DNA of 64,000 nucleotides. Origin: Fidelibacterota bacterium. GTDB taxonomy: Bacteria > Fidelibacterota > UBA2242 > JAOZSR01. Under the pieces are notes generated by a model. That model saw only the letters and a program-made list of their open reading frames with translations, had not been told where the DNA came from and made no database searches. The DNA lies in contig JAOZSR010000002.1 in assembly GCA_029939575.1 (NCBI GenBank), forward strand, positions 8,814 through 72,813, in the 5' to 3' direction. Positions 42,434 to 52,802 of this stretch are shown here, one piece after another (within the stretch, counting starts at the first letter, position 1; the number at the start of each line of letters is the position of its first letter). The position numbers and the translations under genes were made by a program.

Positions 42434-42967
42434 TTATTCAATAACAAATAAAACCTGATCAAATTCTACAGGTTGAGAGTTTTCAACTAATATTTTTACA
42501 ATTTTTCCGGAATAAGGAGATTCAATTTCATTCATAATTTTCATAGCTTCAATAATACACAAAGTTTGACCTTTTGTAACCACATCTCCAACTTTAACAA
42601 AAGGACCGGCATCCGGAGCAGGCGCATGGTAAAAAGTCCCAACAATTGGTGTCTTCACTTCAAGAATTTCTGAAGATGGTGCAGGTGAAACGCCGTTTGA
42701 ATCTGGTAGTATTGGAGGTTGTTGGACTGGTACCTGAGCTGCTGGTAAAACTGTTGCCCCAACCTGTCCGGTATTTTTTGATACCCTGATTTTTGTACCC
42801 CATTTAGAAATCTCAATTTCATCTATATCATGAGATTCCACAACCTTAACAAGATCAAGAACCTGGTCTGTATCATATGATTCAACATTTTTTATAAATT
42901 TTAATAATTCGTCAAGATTCTTAACATTAACATTTTTCATTAATTCGAGAATTTCTGTAGATTTCAT
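42434..42967 (-). CDS. accB: Biotin carboxyl carrier protein with extended N-terminus
   Basis: TPIVGTFY..P.P; biotinylation motif EAMKIMNEI. Confidence 0.95.
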   Translation of the reverse strand: MKSTEILELMKNVNVKNLDELLKFIKNVESYDTDQVLDLVKVVESHDIDEIEISKWGTKIRVSKNTGQVGATVLPAAQVPVQQPPILPDSNGVSPAPSSEILEVKTPIVGTFYHAPAPDAGPFVKVGDVVTKGQTLCIIEAMKIMNEIESPYSGKIVKILVENSQPVEFDQVLFVIE

Positions 42968-42979
42968 GCTATCTCCAAT

Positions 42980-43540
42980 TTATTTGACACGTTCGCAGTA
43001 GCTTCCATCACGAGTATCAATTTTAATTAATTCACCTTCATTGAGAAATAATGGTACATTGACCTTTAAGCCGGTTTCCATTTCTGCCGGTTTTGATCCC
43101 CCGGAAACAGTATCACCTTTTACTCCGGGTTCGGTCTTGGCTATTTTTAATTCAACATGAGTAGGAATTTCTATATCTATTGGATTATCAACCTCAAATA
43201 GCACTTTTACAACATCGTTTTCTTTTACAAATGGAGCATAACTCTCAAAAATCAAGTCACTTACTACAACTTGTTCATAAGTTTCATTGTCCATAAAAAC
43301 ATAATTCATACCGTCATTATAAAGATATTGCATTTTTTTAGCTTCAAGACGAACCACATCCAGTTTTTCTCCTGAGCGAAAAGTATTATCAATAACCTGT
43401 CCCGAGCGAATATTTTTCATTTTGGTACGGATTTTTGCCCCACCACGTGCAGTTTTTACATGCTGAAACTCAACTATTTTTACTAAATCATCTTTATATC
43501 TTATTACTAAACCATTTTTTATATCTGATGTTGATGCCAA
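42980..43540 (-). CDS. efp: Elongation factor P (Arg32 loop)
   Basis: EFQHVK.., MQYLY, FMDNETYEQ, EPGVKGDT, KPAEMETG, VPLFL, IDTRDG; TTG start. Confidence 0.96.
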   Translation of the reverse strand: MASTSDIKNGLVIRYKDDLVKIVEFQHVKTARGGAKIRTKMKNIRSGQVIDNTFRSGEKLDVVRLEAKKMQYLYNDGMNYVFMDNETYEQVVVSDLIFESYAPFVKENDVVKVLFEVDNPIDIEIPTHVELKIAKTEPGVKGDTVSGGSKPAEMETGLKVNVPLFLNEGELIKIDTRDGSYCERVK

Positions 43541-43586
43541 TTTTTCTCCTTTATTATTTTTTTCTTCTTATATCAAATGAGTATGC

Positions 43587-43615
43587 AATTTAAATTTTAC
43601 GATAATTATAGTCAA
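43587..43615 (-). promoter_or_regulatory. Putative sigma70 promoter of the efp operon
   Basis: On the minus strand: TTGACT, 17-nt spacer, TAAATT, about 45 nt upstream of efp. Confidence 0.55.
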
Positions 43616-43788
43616 CTTATTTTTCATTTTCTTTCTGCTTTATTAGTATAAAGATTTATAAATTCAAATAATTCGCTTCTTTCTGATTTTTTTATTAAAA
43701 AGTTATTCAAAATGTTCATCTAATCAATTATATTTGGCCAAAGTTAAAATATGAATTAAATTATTTAAGAAATTGAAAAAATATTTTT

Positions 43789-44850
43789 ATGAAAACACAA
43801 AGAGCAAAACTAATCCTGGAAAATAAAATGTCTTTTAACGGATTTTCCTTCGGTCAAAAAAAATCAACTGCCGGTGAAGTGGTCTTTAATACAGGAATGA
43901 CCGGATATCCTGAAAGTTTCACTGACCCGTCCTATTATGGCCAAATTTTAACCATGACTTATCCATTAATAGGAAATTATGGAGTACCTGATTTTTCAAA
44001 AAGAAATGAACCGGACAGTGATTTTGAATCTCAAAAAATCCAGATAAAAGGATTAATTGTTTCTGAAAATGCAACAAACTATAGTCATTGGAAAGCCACC
44101 CAAAGCCTTTCTGAATGGTTAAGTGAGCAAAATATTCCGGCTATTTGCAATATTGACACTCGAAGTCTTACAAAAGTACTAAGAGAGAATGGAACTATGT
44201 CAGGAAAAATTGTTATTGAGGAAGATATTAATTTTTTTGATCCTAACAATCAAAATCTGATGAACGATGTTAGCATTAAAAAACCTGAAATATATGGACA
44301 AGGGAAAAAGCGTATTGCATTATTTGATTGCGGATGCAAATCAAGTATTATTAAAAATTTTACCAGGCGCAATATTGAAGTTTTACGTTTACCCTGGAAT
44401 TCTGATATAACTAAAAAAAACTTTGATGCAGTATTTATTTCCAACGGTCCCGGTAATCCCAAAATGTGTCAGGAGACAATTAAAAGTGCTAAATATTGTC
44501 TCGATAATAACATACCTACTATGGGAATTTGTCTGGGTCATCAAATATTATCTCTTGCAGCGGGAGCCGATACTTATAAATTAAAATATGGACATCGAAG
44601 TCAAAATCAGCCTGTAATGGATATTAGAAGTAAGCGTTGCTTTATTACTTCTCAAAATCACGGTTTTGCAGTTGATGCTGACAACCTTCCTGACGGATGG
44701 TCTCCCTGGTATATAAATTTAAATGATCATACTAATGAAGGAATAATACATGAATCGGGCCGTTTTATGAGTGTCCAATTTCATCCGGAAGCCACACCAG
44801 GACCAGTTGATACTGTTTTTATTTTTGACAGGTTTATTGATTTAATTTAA
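43789..44850 (+). CDS. carA: Carbamoyl-phosphate synthase small subunit
   Basis: GEVVFNTGMTGY, TDPSY, SNGPGNP, GICLGHQ, QNHGF, QFHPE. Confidence 0.97.
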   Translation: MKTQRAKLILENKMSFNGFSFGQKKSTAGEVVFNTGMTGYPESFTDPSYYGQILTMTYPLIGNYGVPDFSKRNEPDSDFESQKIQIKGLIVSENATNYSHWKATQSLSEWLSEQNIPAICNIDTRSLTKVLRENGTMSGKIVIEEDINFFDPNNQNLMNDVSIKKPEIYGQGKKRIALFDCGCKSSIIKNFTRRNIEVLRLPWNSDITKKNFDAVFISNGPGNPKMCQETIKSAKYCLDNNIPTMGICLGHQILSLAAGADTYKLKYGHRSQNQPVMDIRSKRCFITSQNHGFAVDADNLPDGWSPWYINLNDHTNEGIIHESGRFMSVQFHPEATPGPVDTVFIFDRFIDLI

Positions 44851-44867
44851 AAAAATAAGATTAATTT

Positions 44868-47800
44868 ATGAGAACTTCTATTAAAAAAGTATTGATTTTG
44901 GGCAGTGCCGCCCTAAAAATAGGTGAAGCCGGAGAGTTTGATTATTCCGGCAGCCAGGCTATTAAAGCATTAAAGGAAGAAGGTGTATACACAATCCTCG
45001 TAAATCCCAACATTGCCACAATCCAAACATCCGACGATCTGGCAGACGAAGTTTTTTTCCTGCCGGTCAACCTTGAATTCGTTACTAAGGTAATTGAGAA
45101 AACCCGCCCCGATGGTCTGCTTTTAGGATTTGGAGGTCAAACCGCACTTAATACAGGTCTGGATTTAGAAAAAAATGGCGTTCTGGGAAAATATAATATT
45201 AAAGTTCTGGGTACATCTATAGAAAGTATTATAAATACGGAAGACCGAAATAAATTTATCAATAAACTTAATGAAATTGATGTCAAAACTGCAAAGAGTA
45301 AAATCGCCATTAACACAGATGAGGCTGTTCATATAGGGAATAATTTTGGCTATCCTGTGATGATCCGCATTGCCTATGCTTTGGGAGGACTTGGTTCTGG
45401 TGTATGTTATGACGAAAATGAAATCCGGTCAATGGCGAAAAAATCGTTCAAACATACATCTCAAATATTGATAGAAGAATATTTAGAAGGCTGGAAAGAA
45501 ATTGAATACGAAGTGATGTGCGATCAATATGATAATTGCATTACTATTTGTAATATGGAAAACCTTGATCCAATGGGCATTCATACAGGAGAAAGCATTG
45601 TAGTTGCTCCCAGCCAGACTCTTTCAAATACTGATTATCACAAATTACGCGAAGTCGCTATCAAAACGATCAGACACCTGAAAATTATCGGCGAATGTAA
45701 TATTCAATATGCATATAATATGGACTCGGAAGATTACCGTGTGATTGAAGTCAATGCAAGATTATCAAGAAGCTCAGCCCTGGCATCTAAGGCTACAGGT
45801 TACCCAATTGCATTTATTGCCTCAAAATTATCTCTTGGCTACGGACTTTATGAATTAAAAAATAATATTACGAAAACTACTAGTGCATTTTTTGAACCAG
45901 CTCTCGATTATGTTGTAGTGAAAATCCCCCGCTGGGACCTGAAAAAATTCACTAAAGTATCACGTAAAATCGGCACAGGCATGAAGTCAGTAGGTGAAAT
46001 TATGGCAATTGGCCGAAATTTTGAAGAGGCGCTTCAAAAAGGCTTACGAATGCTTGAAATTGGTGCCAATGGAGTAATCGGAGATGATACTTATCAATTT
46101 GAGAATCTTAAATTTGAATTACAGGAACCAACTGAAGAGAGAATTTTTGCAGTGGCAAAAGCAATCTATCAAGGTTTTTCTATTGATAAAATTCATGATT
46201 TAACCCATATAAACAAATGGTTTTTATACAAAATCAAAAACATTGTTGATATTACAAAAGAATTGGAATTATCTGATTCCAAAATCAAACCGGATTTATT
46301 ATTAACAGCCAAAAAATTCGGTTTTTCCGATAAACAAATCGCTTTTATCAAACAGGCAAAAGAACAGGATATAATATCACTGAGAAAGGAATATAAAATA
46401 TTTCCGTTTATCAGGCAAATTGATACATTGGCAGCGGAATATCCGGCACAGACAAATTACCTCTATTTAACTTATAACAGCCAGACAAGCGATATTAACA
46501 ACTTTCCTAATAATACAGTACTGATTCTGGGTTCCGGAGCCTATAGAATAGGCAGTTCAGTGGAGTTTGACTGGAGTTGTGTGAATGCCGGCAAAACTTT
46601 AAGAAAATTAGGTTACAAAACAATAATGTTAAATTACAATCCGGAAACCGTAAGTACTGATTATGATGAATTTGACTATCTTTGCTTCGATGAGATTAGT
46701 TTTGAATCAATTGGAGAAATTTATCATAAATTTAATCCTATCGGGATCATTGTTTCTATGGGCGGTCAGATTCCAAATAATCTTGCTTTAAAATTGCACA
46801 ATAACAATATTCGGATTTTAGGCACTTCTCCGGAAGATATTAACCGGGCAGAAAACAGGAGAATTTTTTCTGACCTACTTGATAAATTAAACATTGATCA
46901 GCCGATCTGGAAAGAAATCACATCTATTGAATTGGCAAAAAAATTCGCAAAACATAGTGATTATCCTGTATTAATCAGACCATCTTATGTTCTAAGCGGG
47001 GCTGCAATGGCAGTTGCTTCAAACGATGAAGAACTTGAAGAATATTTAAAAAAAGCTATTACAATATCTCCAGAGTATCCAACTGTTATCAGTAAATTTC
47101 TGGAAAATGCCAAAGAAATTGAAATGGACGGGGTAGCTCAAAATGGTGAAATAATTGCATATGCTATTTCTGAGCATGTAGAAAATGCCGGAGTTCATTC
47201 CGGAGATGCAACCCTGGTTTTACCACCCCAGAGAACCTATCTGGAAACAATTCGCCGGATCAGAAAAATTTCCCGAAAAATTGTATCAGCACTAAATATT
47301 AACGGACCATTTAATATTCAATATATTGCAAAACAAAATCAGGTAAAAGTTATCGAATGTAATTTGCGGGCATCACGTAGTTTTCCCTTTGTTTCAAAAG
47401 TAATGGATCAGAATTTTATTGATATTGCCACAAAAATAATTATGCGTGTGCCAGTAAATATTGAAAACAAATCTCCTTTTGAACTGGATTATGTTGGGGT
47501 TAAAGCACCGCAGTTTTCCTTCACCCGTTTAAAAGGAGCCGACCCAAGTCTGGGTGTAGAGATGGCATCTACCGGTGAAGTTGCTTGTCTTGGAGATAAT
47601 TTTCATGAAGCTTTTTTAAAATCTCTCCTCTCTGTTGGCTATCATTTTAACATCAAAAGCGTTCTACTATCCACAGGACCATTGGAATCAAAAACAGACT
47701 TACTGGAAAGTACCAAATATTTAAAACAATTTGGTACAAAATTTTATGCAACTGCCGGTACAGCTAAATTCCTAAATGAAAATAATTTCCCAACCGAAAC

Positions 47801-48062
47801 ACTTCATTGGCCTTTAGACAAAACACAGCCAAATGTGATAGACTATATTAAAGAAGGCAAAATTGATCTGGTTATAAATATTCCCAAAAACTTTCGCCAG
47901 GAAGAATTAACAAATGGGTATTTAATCAGAAGGGCAGCTGTTGATTATAATGTCATGCTAATTACAAACCGGCAGATTGCAATGCGATTTATAGAGGCGC
48001 TTGCAAAAATGAATCTCGGTGATTTAAAAATTCATAACTGGAAAGATTATTTACAAAAATAA
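44868..48062 (+). CDS. carB: Carbamoyl-phosphate synthase large subunit
   Basis: EFDYSG, NPNIATIQT, GIHTGES, NARLSRSSALASKATG, RPSYVLSG, GVHSGDA, C-terminal MGS domain. Confidence 0.98.
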   Translation: MRTSIKKVLILGSAALKIGEAGEFDYSGSQAIKALKEEGVYTILVNPNIATIQTSDDLADEVFFLPVNLEFVTKVIEKTRPDGLLLGFGGQTALNTGLDLEKNGVLGKYNIKVLGTSIESIINTEDRNKFINKLNEIDVKTAKSKIAINTDEAVHIGNNFGYPVMIRIAYALGGLGSGVCYDENEIRSMAKKSFKHTSQILIEEYLEGWKEIEYEVMCDQYDNCITICNMENLDPMGIHTGESIVVAPSQTLSNTDYHKLREVAIKTIRHLKIIGECNIQYAYNMDSEDYRVIEVNARLSRSSALASKATGYPIAFIASKLSLGYGLYELKNNITKTTSAFFEPALDYVVVKIPRWDLKKFTKVSRKIGTGMKSVGEIMAIGRNFEEALQKGLRMLEIGANGVIGDDTYQFENLKFELQEPTEERIFAVAKAIYQGFSIDKIHDLTHINKWFLYKIKNIVDITKELELSDSKIKPDLLLTAKKFGFSDKQIAFIKQAKEQDIISLRKEYKIFPFIRQIDTLAAEYPAQTNYLYLTYNSQTSDINNFPNNTVLILGSGAYRIGSSVEFDWSCVNAGKTLRKLGYKTIMLNYNPETVSTDYDEFDYLCFDEISFESIGEIYHKFNPIGIIVSMGGQIPNNLALKLHNNNIRILGTSPEDINRAENRRIFSDLLDKLNIDQPIWKEITSIELAKKFAKHSDYPVLIRPSYVLSGAAMAVASNDEELEEYLKKAITISPEYPTVISKFLENAKEIEMDGVAQNGEIIAYAISEHVENAGVHSGDATLVLPPQRTYLETIRRIRKISRKIVSALNINGPFNIQYIAKQNQVKVIECNLRASRSFPFVSKVMDQNFIDIATKIIMRVPVNIENKSPFELDYVGVKAPQFSFTRLKGADPSLGVEMASTGEVACLGDNFHEAFLKSLLSVGYHFNIKSVLLSTGPLESKTDLLESTKYLKQFGTKFYATAGTAKFLNENNFPTETLHWPLDKTQPNVIDYIKEGKIDLVINIPKNFRQEELTNGYLIRRAAVDYNVMLITNRQIAMRFIEALAKMNLGDLKIHNWKDYLQK

Positions 48063-48098
48063 TATACTTAGTAGAAATATTTGCATTTTTTTTGAACT

Positions 48099-50279
48099 TT
48101 AACTTTTTATTTTAACATATTTAGCAATTATGGTCTTTTTACCTGAATCTCTAAACATAATGGTTAATTTGGCATTTTTCCCAAATCCGGCTACATTAAT
48201 AATTTTTCCTGCTCCAAAAATTTTATGAGAAACCATCATGCCGGGCATAGCGTCAACCACAGAATCTGAAACAGACTTATCCAATTTTGTGGTTGGTTCT
48301 GGCGAAGAATTAAATGTTTGAGATGATTTTCTAATGCGTGAAGGAGAAATAACACGTTCTTTCGTCTTTCCCTTTTCAAGTAATTCAAAAGGAATTTCCT
48401 TCATAAAAGGTGAAATTTCATATCGCAAATTTTCACCTCTAAAATTCCTCGTCTCCGCGGAACTAAGAAATATTTTTTCCATCGCACGAGTTAAACCTAC
48501 ATAAAATAATCTACGTTCTTCTTCATTACTTTCTTCCGGATCTCTTTGAATCGGGAAAAGCCCTTTATTCATTCCACATAGAAAAACTACCGGAAATTCA
48601 AGTCCTTTGGCACTATGAAAAGTCATCATAGATACAGCATTTTTTTTATCATCCCATGAATCAATATCTGTAATTAGGGCAACCTCTTCCAAATATCCTT
48701 CCAAAGTTGGCTCCTCTACTTTACTACAATAATCCGCAATCGAGTTTAAAAGTTCATCAATATTTGCTAATCTCTGATCGGACTCTTCTCCCCCATCTTC
48801 TTTAAAATATTTTCGCATTCCAAGCCGGTCTATGACTATATTTGCCCATTCTTCAAAAGTTATTGTACTTCGAATATCCTGAAATTGTTTTATTAAATTC
48901 CGAAATCCAGTTAGCGCATTTTTGGCACGGGCACTCATTTTCATTTCATCAACATAATTCAAGGTTTCATAATAAGAAAAATCGTTTAAATTTGCATATT
49001 CTATCAATTTATCAAGAGTTACTTTCCCAATACCACGCGTGGGAGTATTTATTATTCTTTGAAAGGCCACATTATCCCTATTATTGGCTAATAGACGAAA
49101 ATAGGCCAAAATATCTTTAATTTCTTTCCGTTCATAAAAACGCACACCACCAATAATAACATTAGGAATTCTATTCCTGGTAAGCACTTGTTCCAAAATT
49201 CGGCTTTGTGCGTTTGTTCTGTATAAAATAGCAAAATCTTTAAAGTTGCGCTTATTCTGCCTGATTTCATTCAAAATTGAAGAGGCCATTCTACCAGATT
49301 CATCCCATTCATCACTAGCCTCTATCTGGGTGATTAATTCGCCCTTCTCTTTATCAGCCCAAAGAGTTTTTTCCGCTCTGTTTTCATTGTTTTTAACAAT
49401 AGCTGAAGCGGCTGCAAGAATATTTTTTGTAGAGCGATAATTTTGTTCAAGTTTAAAAACACGGCAATTAGGGAATGTTTTATCAAATTTTAAAATATTT
49501 TCTACTTTTGCACCTCGCCAACTATAAATACTCTGATCATCATCTCCAACAACGCAAATATTTTTATGCAGATCACTGAGCATTGACACCAGTTGAAACT
49601 GTGGAATATTTGTATCCTGGTATTCATCTACTAATATATATTTGAAAATCTGCTGATATTTTCTGAGTATTTTAGGATGTTCTTTAAAAAGTATCAAAGG
49701 TAAAAGTAATAAATCATCAAAATCAACCGCGCCCACTCTTTTTAAGGCCGCCTGGTATAATGGATAAATATATTCAGTAAGTCTGTCAAGAGGTACAAAT
49801 TTCCGGGCTTTAAAATCCTTGGGTTCAATCATTTCGTTTTTTAAATATGATATTTTTCCCTTAATAGAATTTGGTTTAACACCCTCAAGATCAATATTAT
49901 TATCTCTAATAATTGATTTTATTAAAGCCTGTTGATCGGCAGCATCATAGATACTGAAATTTTTATCATAACCAATATGCTCAATTTCCATTCTGAGTAA
50001 CCTGGCGCAAATGGAATGAAATGTGCCGATATTTACTTGCCCGGCCCGGTGGCCGATAAATTTCTTTACTCTTTCTTTTAATTCTCTGGCTGCTTTATTT
50101 GTAAATGTTACAGCCAAAATATTTCGGGGATATACAAATTGTTTTTCAATAATATATGCAATTTTGTGGGTTAGAACTCTTGTTTTTCCGCTACCTGCTC
50201 CGGCAAAAATTAATGTAGGTCCTTTTAAAAATTCAACAGCGCTACGTTGTACATCATTCAATCCATCTAATAAATTCAA
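48099..50279 (-). CDS. pcrA: UvrD/PcrA DNA helicase
   Basis: AGAGSGKT, VTFTNKAA, LVDEYQD, GDDDQSIYSWRGA, LEQNYRS, HSAKGLEF, EERRLFYVGLTRA, C-terminal Tudor-like domain. Confidence 0.95.
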   Translation of the reverse strand: MNLLDGLNDVQRSAVEFLKGPTLIFAGAGSGKTRVLTHKIAYIIEKQFVYPRNILAVTFTNKAARELKERVKKFIGHRAGQVNIGTFHSICARLLRMEIEHIGYDKNFSIYDAADQQALIKSIIRDNNIDLEGVKPNSIKGKISYLKNEMIEPKDFKARKFVPLDRLTEYIYPLYQAALKRVGAVDFDDLLLLPLILFKEHPKILRKYQQIFKYILVDEYQDTNIPQFQLVSMLSDLHKNICVVGDDDQSIYSWRGAKVENILKFDKTFPNCRVFKLEQNYRSTKNILAAASAIVKNNENRAEKTLWADKEKGELITQIEASDEWDESGRMASSILNEIRQNKRNFKDFAILYRTNAQSRILEQVLTRNRIPNVIIGGVRFYERKEIKDILAYFRLLANNRDNVAFQRIINTPTRGIGKVTLDKLIEYANLNDFSYYETLNYVDEMKMSARAKNALTGFRNLIKQFQDIRSTITFEEWANIVIDRLGMRKYFKEDGGEESDQRLANIDELLNSIADYCSKVEEPTLEGYLEEVALITDIDSWDDKKNAVSMMTFHSAKGLEFPVVFLCGMNKGLFPIQRDPEESNEEERRLFYVGLTRAMEKIFLSSAETRNFRGENLRYEISPFMKEIPFELLEKGKTKERVISPSRIRKSSQTFNSSPEPTTKLDKSVSDSVVDAMPGMMVSHKIFGAGKIINVAGFGKNAKLTIMFRDSGKKTIIAKYVKIKS

Positions 50280-51367
50280 TTACTATTCTCCATTTTCTTC
50301 TCTCTGGCTACCTGTCTTCTGATTTTTTGAAATTTCAATTTTGCCTTCATAAATTCCTGGTAACTTACTGTAAAAGTATGCGATCCATCACCGTTAGCAA
50401 CCATATATAGATAATCTGTATCAGCCGGACGAAGCACTGCCAGAATAGATAGTTGCCCGGGATTATTAATTGGTCCTGGCGGCAACCCTCGATATCTGTA
50501 AGTATTATATGGAGATTTTATTTTAAGGTCTTTGTTTAATATTCTTCTTGGACCATCATCTATTATGTATTGAATAGTTGGATCAGCCTCAAGACGCATA
50601 TTTTTCTTTAACCTGTTTAAATATAATGATGCCACGATTGGTCTTTCTTCATCAACCATACATTCACCTTCAACAATTGAGGCCAAAGTTAAAATTTGAT
50701 TTAGCGTCATTTCAGATGCATTAATTTCACTTAATATTGAATCATCGACAACTTCATAAAATCTATCAATTATTTTAATTATAACATCTTCCACTGTTGA
50801 TGCTTCACTAAACATATAAGTATCGGGAAACAAATATCCTTCAAGGGAAACACCTTTTACATTTAAACTTTGTAAAAATTCTTTATTTTCTATTTTAGTT
50901 AAAAATTGTTTGCTTGTGAATTTCAGTTTCTTTGATAACAAATCTGCGATTTCCAAAGCCCTGGTTCCCTCAGGAATTGTAATTTTTATTCCATAATCCC
51001 TGGATTTGCTCAACTCATTTATTAACTGATTATAGTTTGTAATGTTATCAAGATAAAATTTTCCGGCTTTCAAAGATTTTGATTTAAACTTCAATCTGAC
51101 AGCGAAAATAAAACTATTTTGATTTTTAATAATTTTTCTTTCATATAACTGCCTGGCTATACTATTCAACGAGGCACCTTTATCAATTCTAAATACAAGA
51201 TTATCCTGATTAATATTTATTGAAATTGACAAAATCAGTGATAAAAACAAAAACCATCCGGATATTAATACAATTAATCCAAGTAAATAGGGACGAATAA
51301 TAATAAATTGTTTTGATTTTATTATTTTAACCACATTTTCTTTTATTTTACCATAATCAAATTTCAT
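50276..51367 (-). CDS. mltG: Endolytic transglycosylase MltG
   Basis: ITIPEG, LEGYLFPDTY, LASIVEGE, SPYNTY..GLPPGPINNPG. Start moved to ATG 51367. Confidence 0.93.
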   Translation of the reverse strand: MKFDYGKIKENVVKIIKSKQFIIIRPYLLGLIVLISGWFLFLSLILSISININQDNLVFRIDKGASLNSIARQLYERKIIKNQNSFIFAVRLKFKSKSLKAGKFYLDNITNYNQLINELSKSRDYGIKITIPEGTRALEIADLLSKKLKFTSKQFLTKIENKEFLQSLNVKGVSLEGYLFPDTYMFSEASTVEDVIIKIIDRFYEVVDDSILSEINASEMTLNQILTLASIVEGECMVDEERPIVASLYLNRLKKNMRLEADPTIQYIIDDGPRRILNKDLKIKSPYNTYRYRGLPPGPINNPGQLSILAVLRPADTDYLYMVANGDGSHTFTVSYQEFMKAKLKFQKIRRQVAREKKMENSN

Positions 51368-51532
51368 AGTTTCCCTATATATTTTTAAAATAAATACCGG
51401 TGAGCATCTAATTAATTTCATATTTTCAGACAAAATATAATATTAATCATTAACTCAATATTCTTGAATTTTATTTTTTCCCCAGAAATTTCAATTACCT
51501 TGTATTAACTAAGTAATATAAAAATTTCCCAG

Positions 51533-52594
51533 CTAAATTCTAATAGGAATCGGAATAAAAGTCAAAATTAATATTAGTAAGGAAATCACTCCCAGTATTA
51601 TTTCCAATTTAGAAATCTTCTCGTATTCATTAAAAACAGGAGGGTGTTTGATTTTAACCAAAAAAAAGACCAAAACCATCCAAATAATCCAATTCAATGA
51701 GTAAACCTTAAAAAACATTGGAATTAAACCCAAGACAAGAATCAGCCCAAAGACAGTCCAGGCTAAATGCTTATGTTTTTTACCTAAAATACCATAGGCT
51801 ACATGCCCACCATCTAATTGTCCAATTGGTAACAAATTAAGCATTGTTACTATCATACCTATCCAGGCTGCAAAGGCGATCGGATTTAGCATAATATCCA
51901 TATTTTCTTTTAGATTGGGATAAACAATAAAAGTAAGAAATTTTGTGATTATTGAGTCACCAAGAATAATTCCCTCTGTAGCAGTTGGTAAATCAACAAT
52001 ATGTGATAATTTTAATCCAATGTAAAAAGCCGGAACCGCTACACAAAACCCGGCTATAGGTCCCGCAGCTCCAATCTGAGTTAAAGCTCTGCGATTTTTT
52101 ACCGGAGAACGCATTTTTATAAAAGCTCCAAAAGTGCCTATCAAAGTTGGGGCAGGAATGAAATATGGCAAACTGGCGTCAACATCATGTTTTTTAGCAA
52201 AATAGTAATGTCCAAACTCATGAACTCCCAAAATAAGCATTAGAGTAAAGGAAAAAGGAAATCCTTTTATAATATTGTATGGATTCTTAATCGGATCTGC
52301 TCCTTCCATAATCGAGCCGACAAAAAGAGTTGAAAGTATAGTAATAAAAAATAAAATGACATTTATATATATTCTTTTTTTTGCTGGTTTTACATAAAAA
52401 ATTGAGCCTGCAATTGTCGATTCTTCATGTATAGAGCCAATTATTGCCCGCAATTTTCTTCTGATCTGCTTAAGTGAATATTCTTGAATTCTATGTCCGC
52501 GGATTATTAGTTCATCATTAATTTCATTAACTTCAGATATGGCAACAAACTGACTTAAGTATAGAATTATATTATTTTTAACTTTCTGTTCCAT
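51533..52594 (-). CDS. Site-2 protease (M50) family membrane metalloprotease
   Basis: HEFGH, AGPIAG, NLLPIGQLDGG. Confidence 0.93.
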   Translation of the reverse strand: MEQKVKNNIILYLSQFVAISEVNEINDELIIRGHRIQEYSLKQIRRKLRAIIGSIHEESTIAGSIFYVKPAKKRIYINVILFFITILSTLFVGSIMEGADPIKNPYNIIKGFPFSFTLMLILGVHEFGHYYFAKKHDVDASLPYFIPAPTLIGTFGAFIKMRSPVKNRRALTQIGAAGPIAGFCVAVPAFYIGLKLSHIVDLPTATEGIILGDSIITKFLTFIVYPNLKENMDIMLNPIAFAAWIGMIVTMLNLLPIGQLDGGHVAYGILGKKHKHLAWTVFGLILVLGLIPMFFKVYSLNWIIWMVLVFFLVKIKHPPVFNEYEKISKLEIILGVISLLILILTFIPIPIRI

Positions 52595-52802
52595 TAGTCT
52601 TTCTTTTCAATTTAACAGGTTTGAAAATTACATTTTTCAGAGTAGAATTCAAATGGAAAACTAGTAAAATTCACGACCACTTTATTTTACTAAGATACCA
52701 ATTTTAAAATTTTGACTTTTAAACAGTCAACAATTACAATATTTTTATAAATAATTAAAGGATTACTTATTAGATTTACTGACTTTTTTGAGAAATGAAT
52801 AA

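Noticed and set aside
25786-43540. Link between the RmlC-like gene and rhamnosylation of Arg32 EF-P
   Set aside because: The genes are about 17 kb apart, no earP is visible, and the loop is not the EarP-type sequence.
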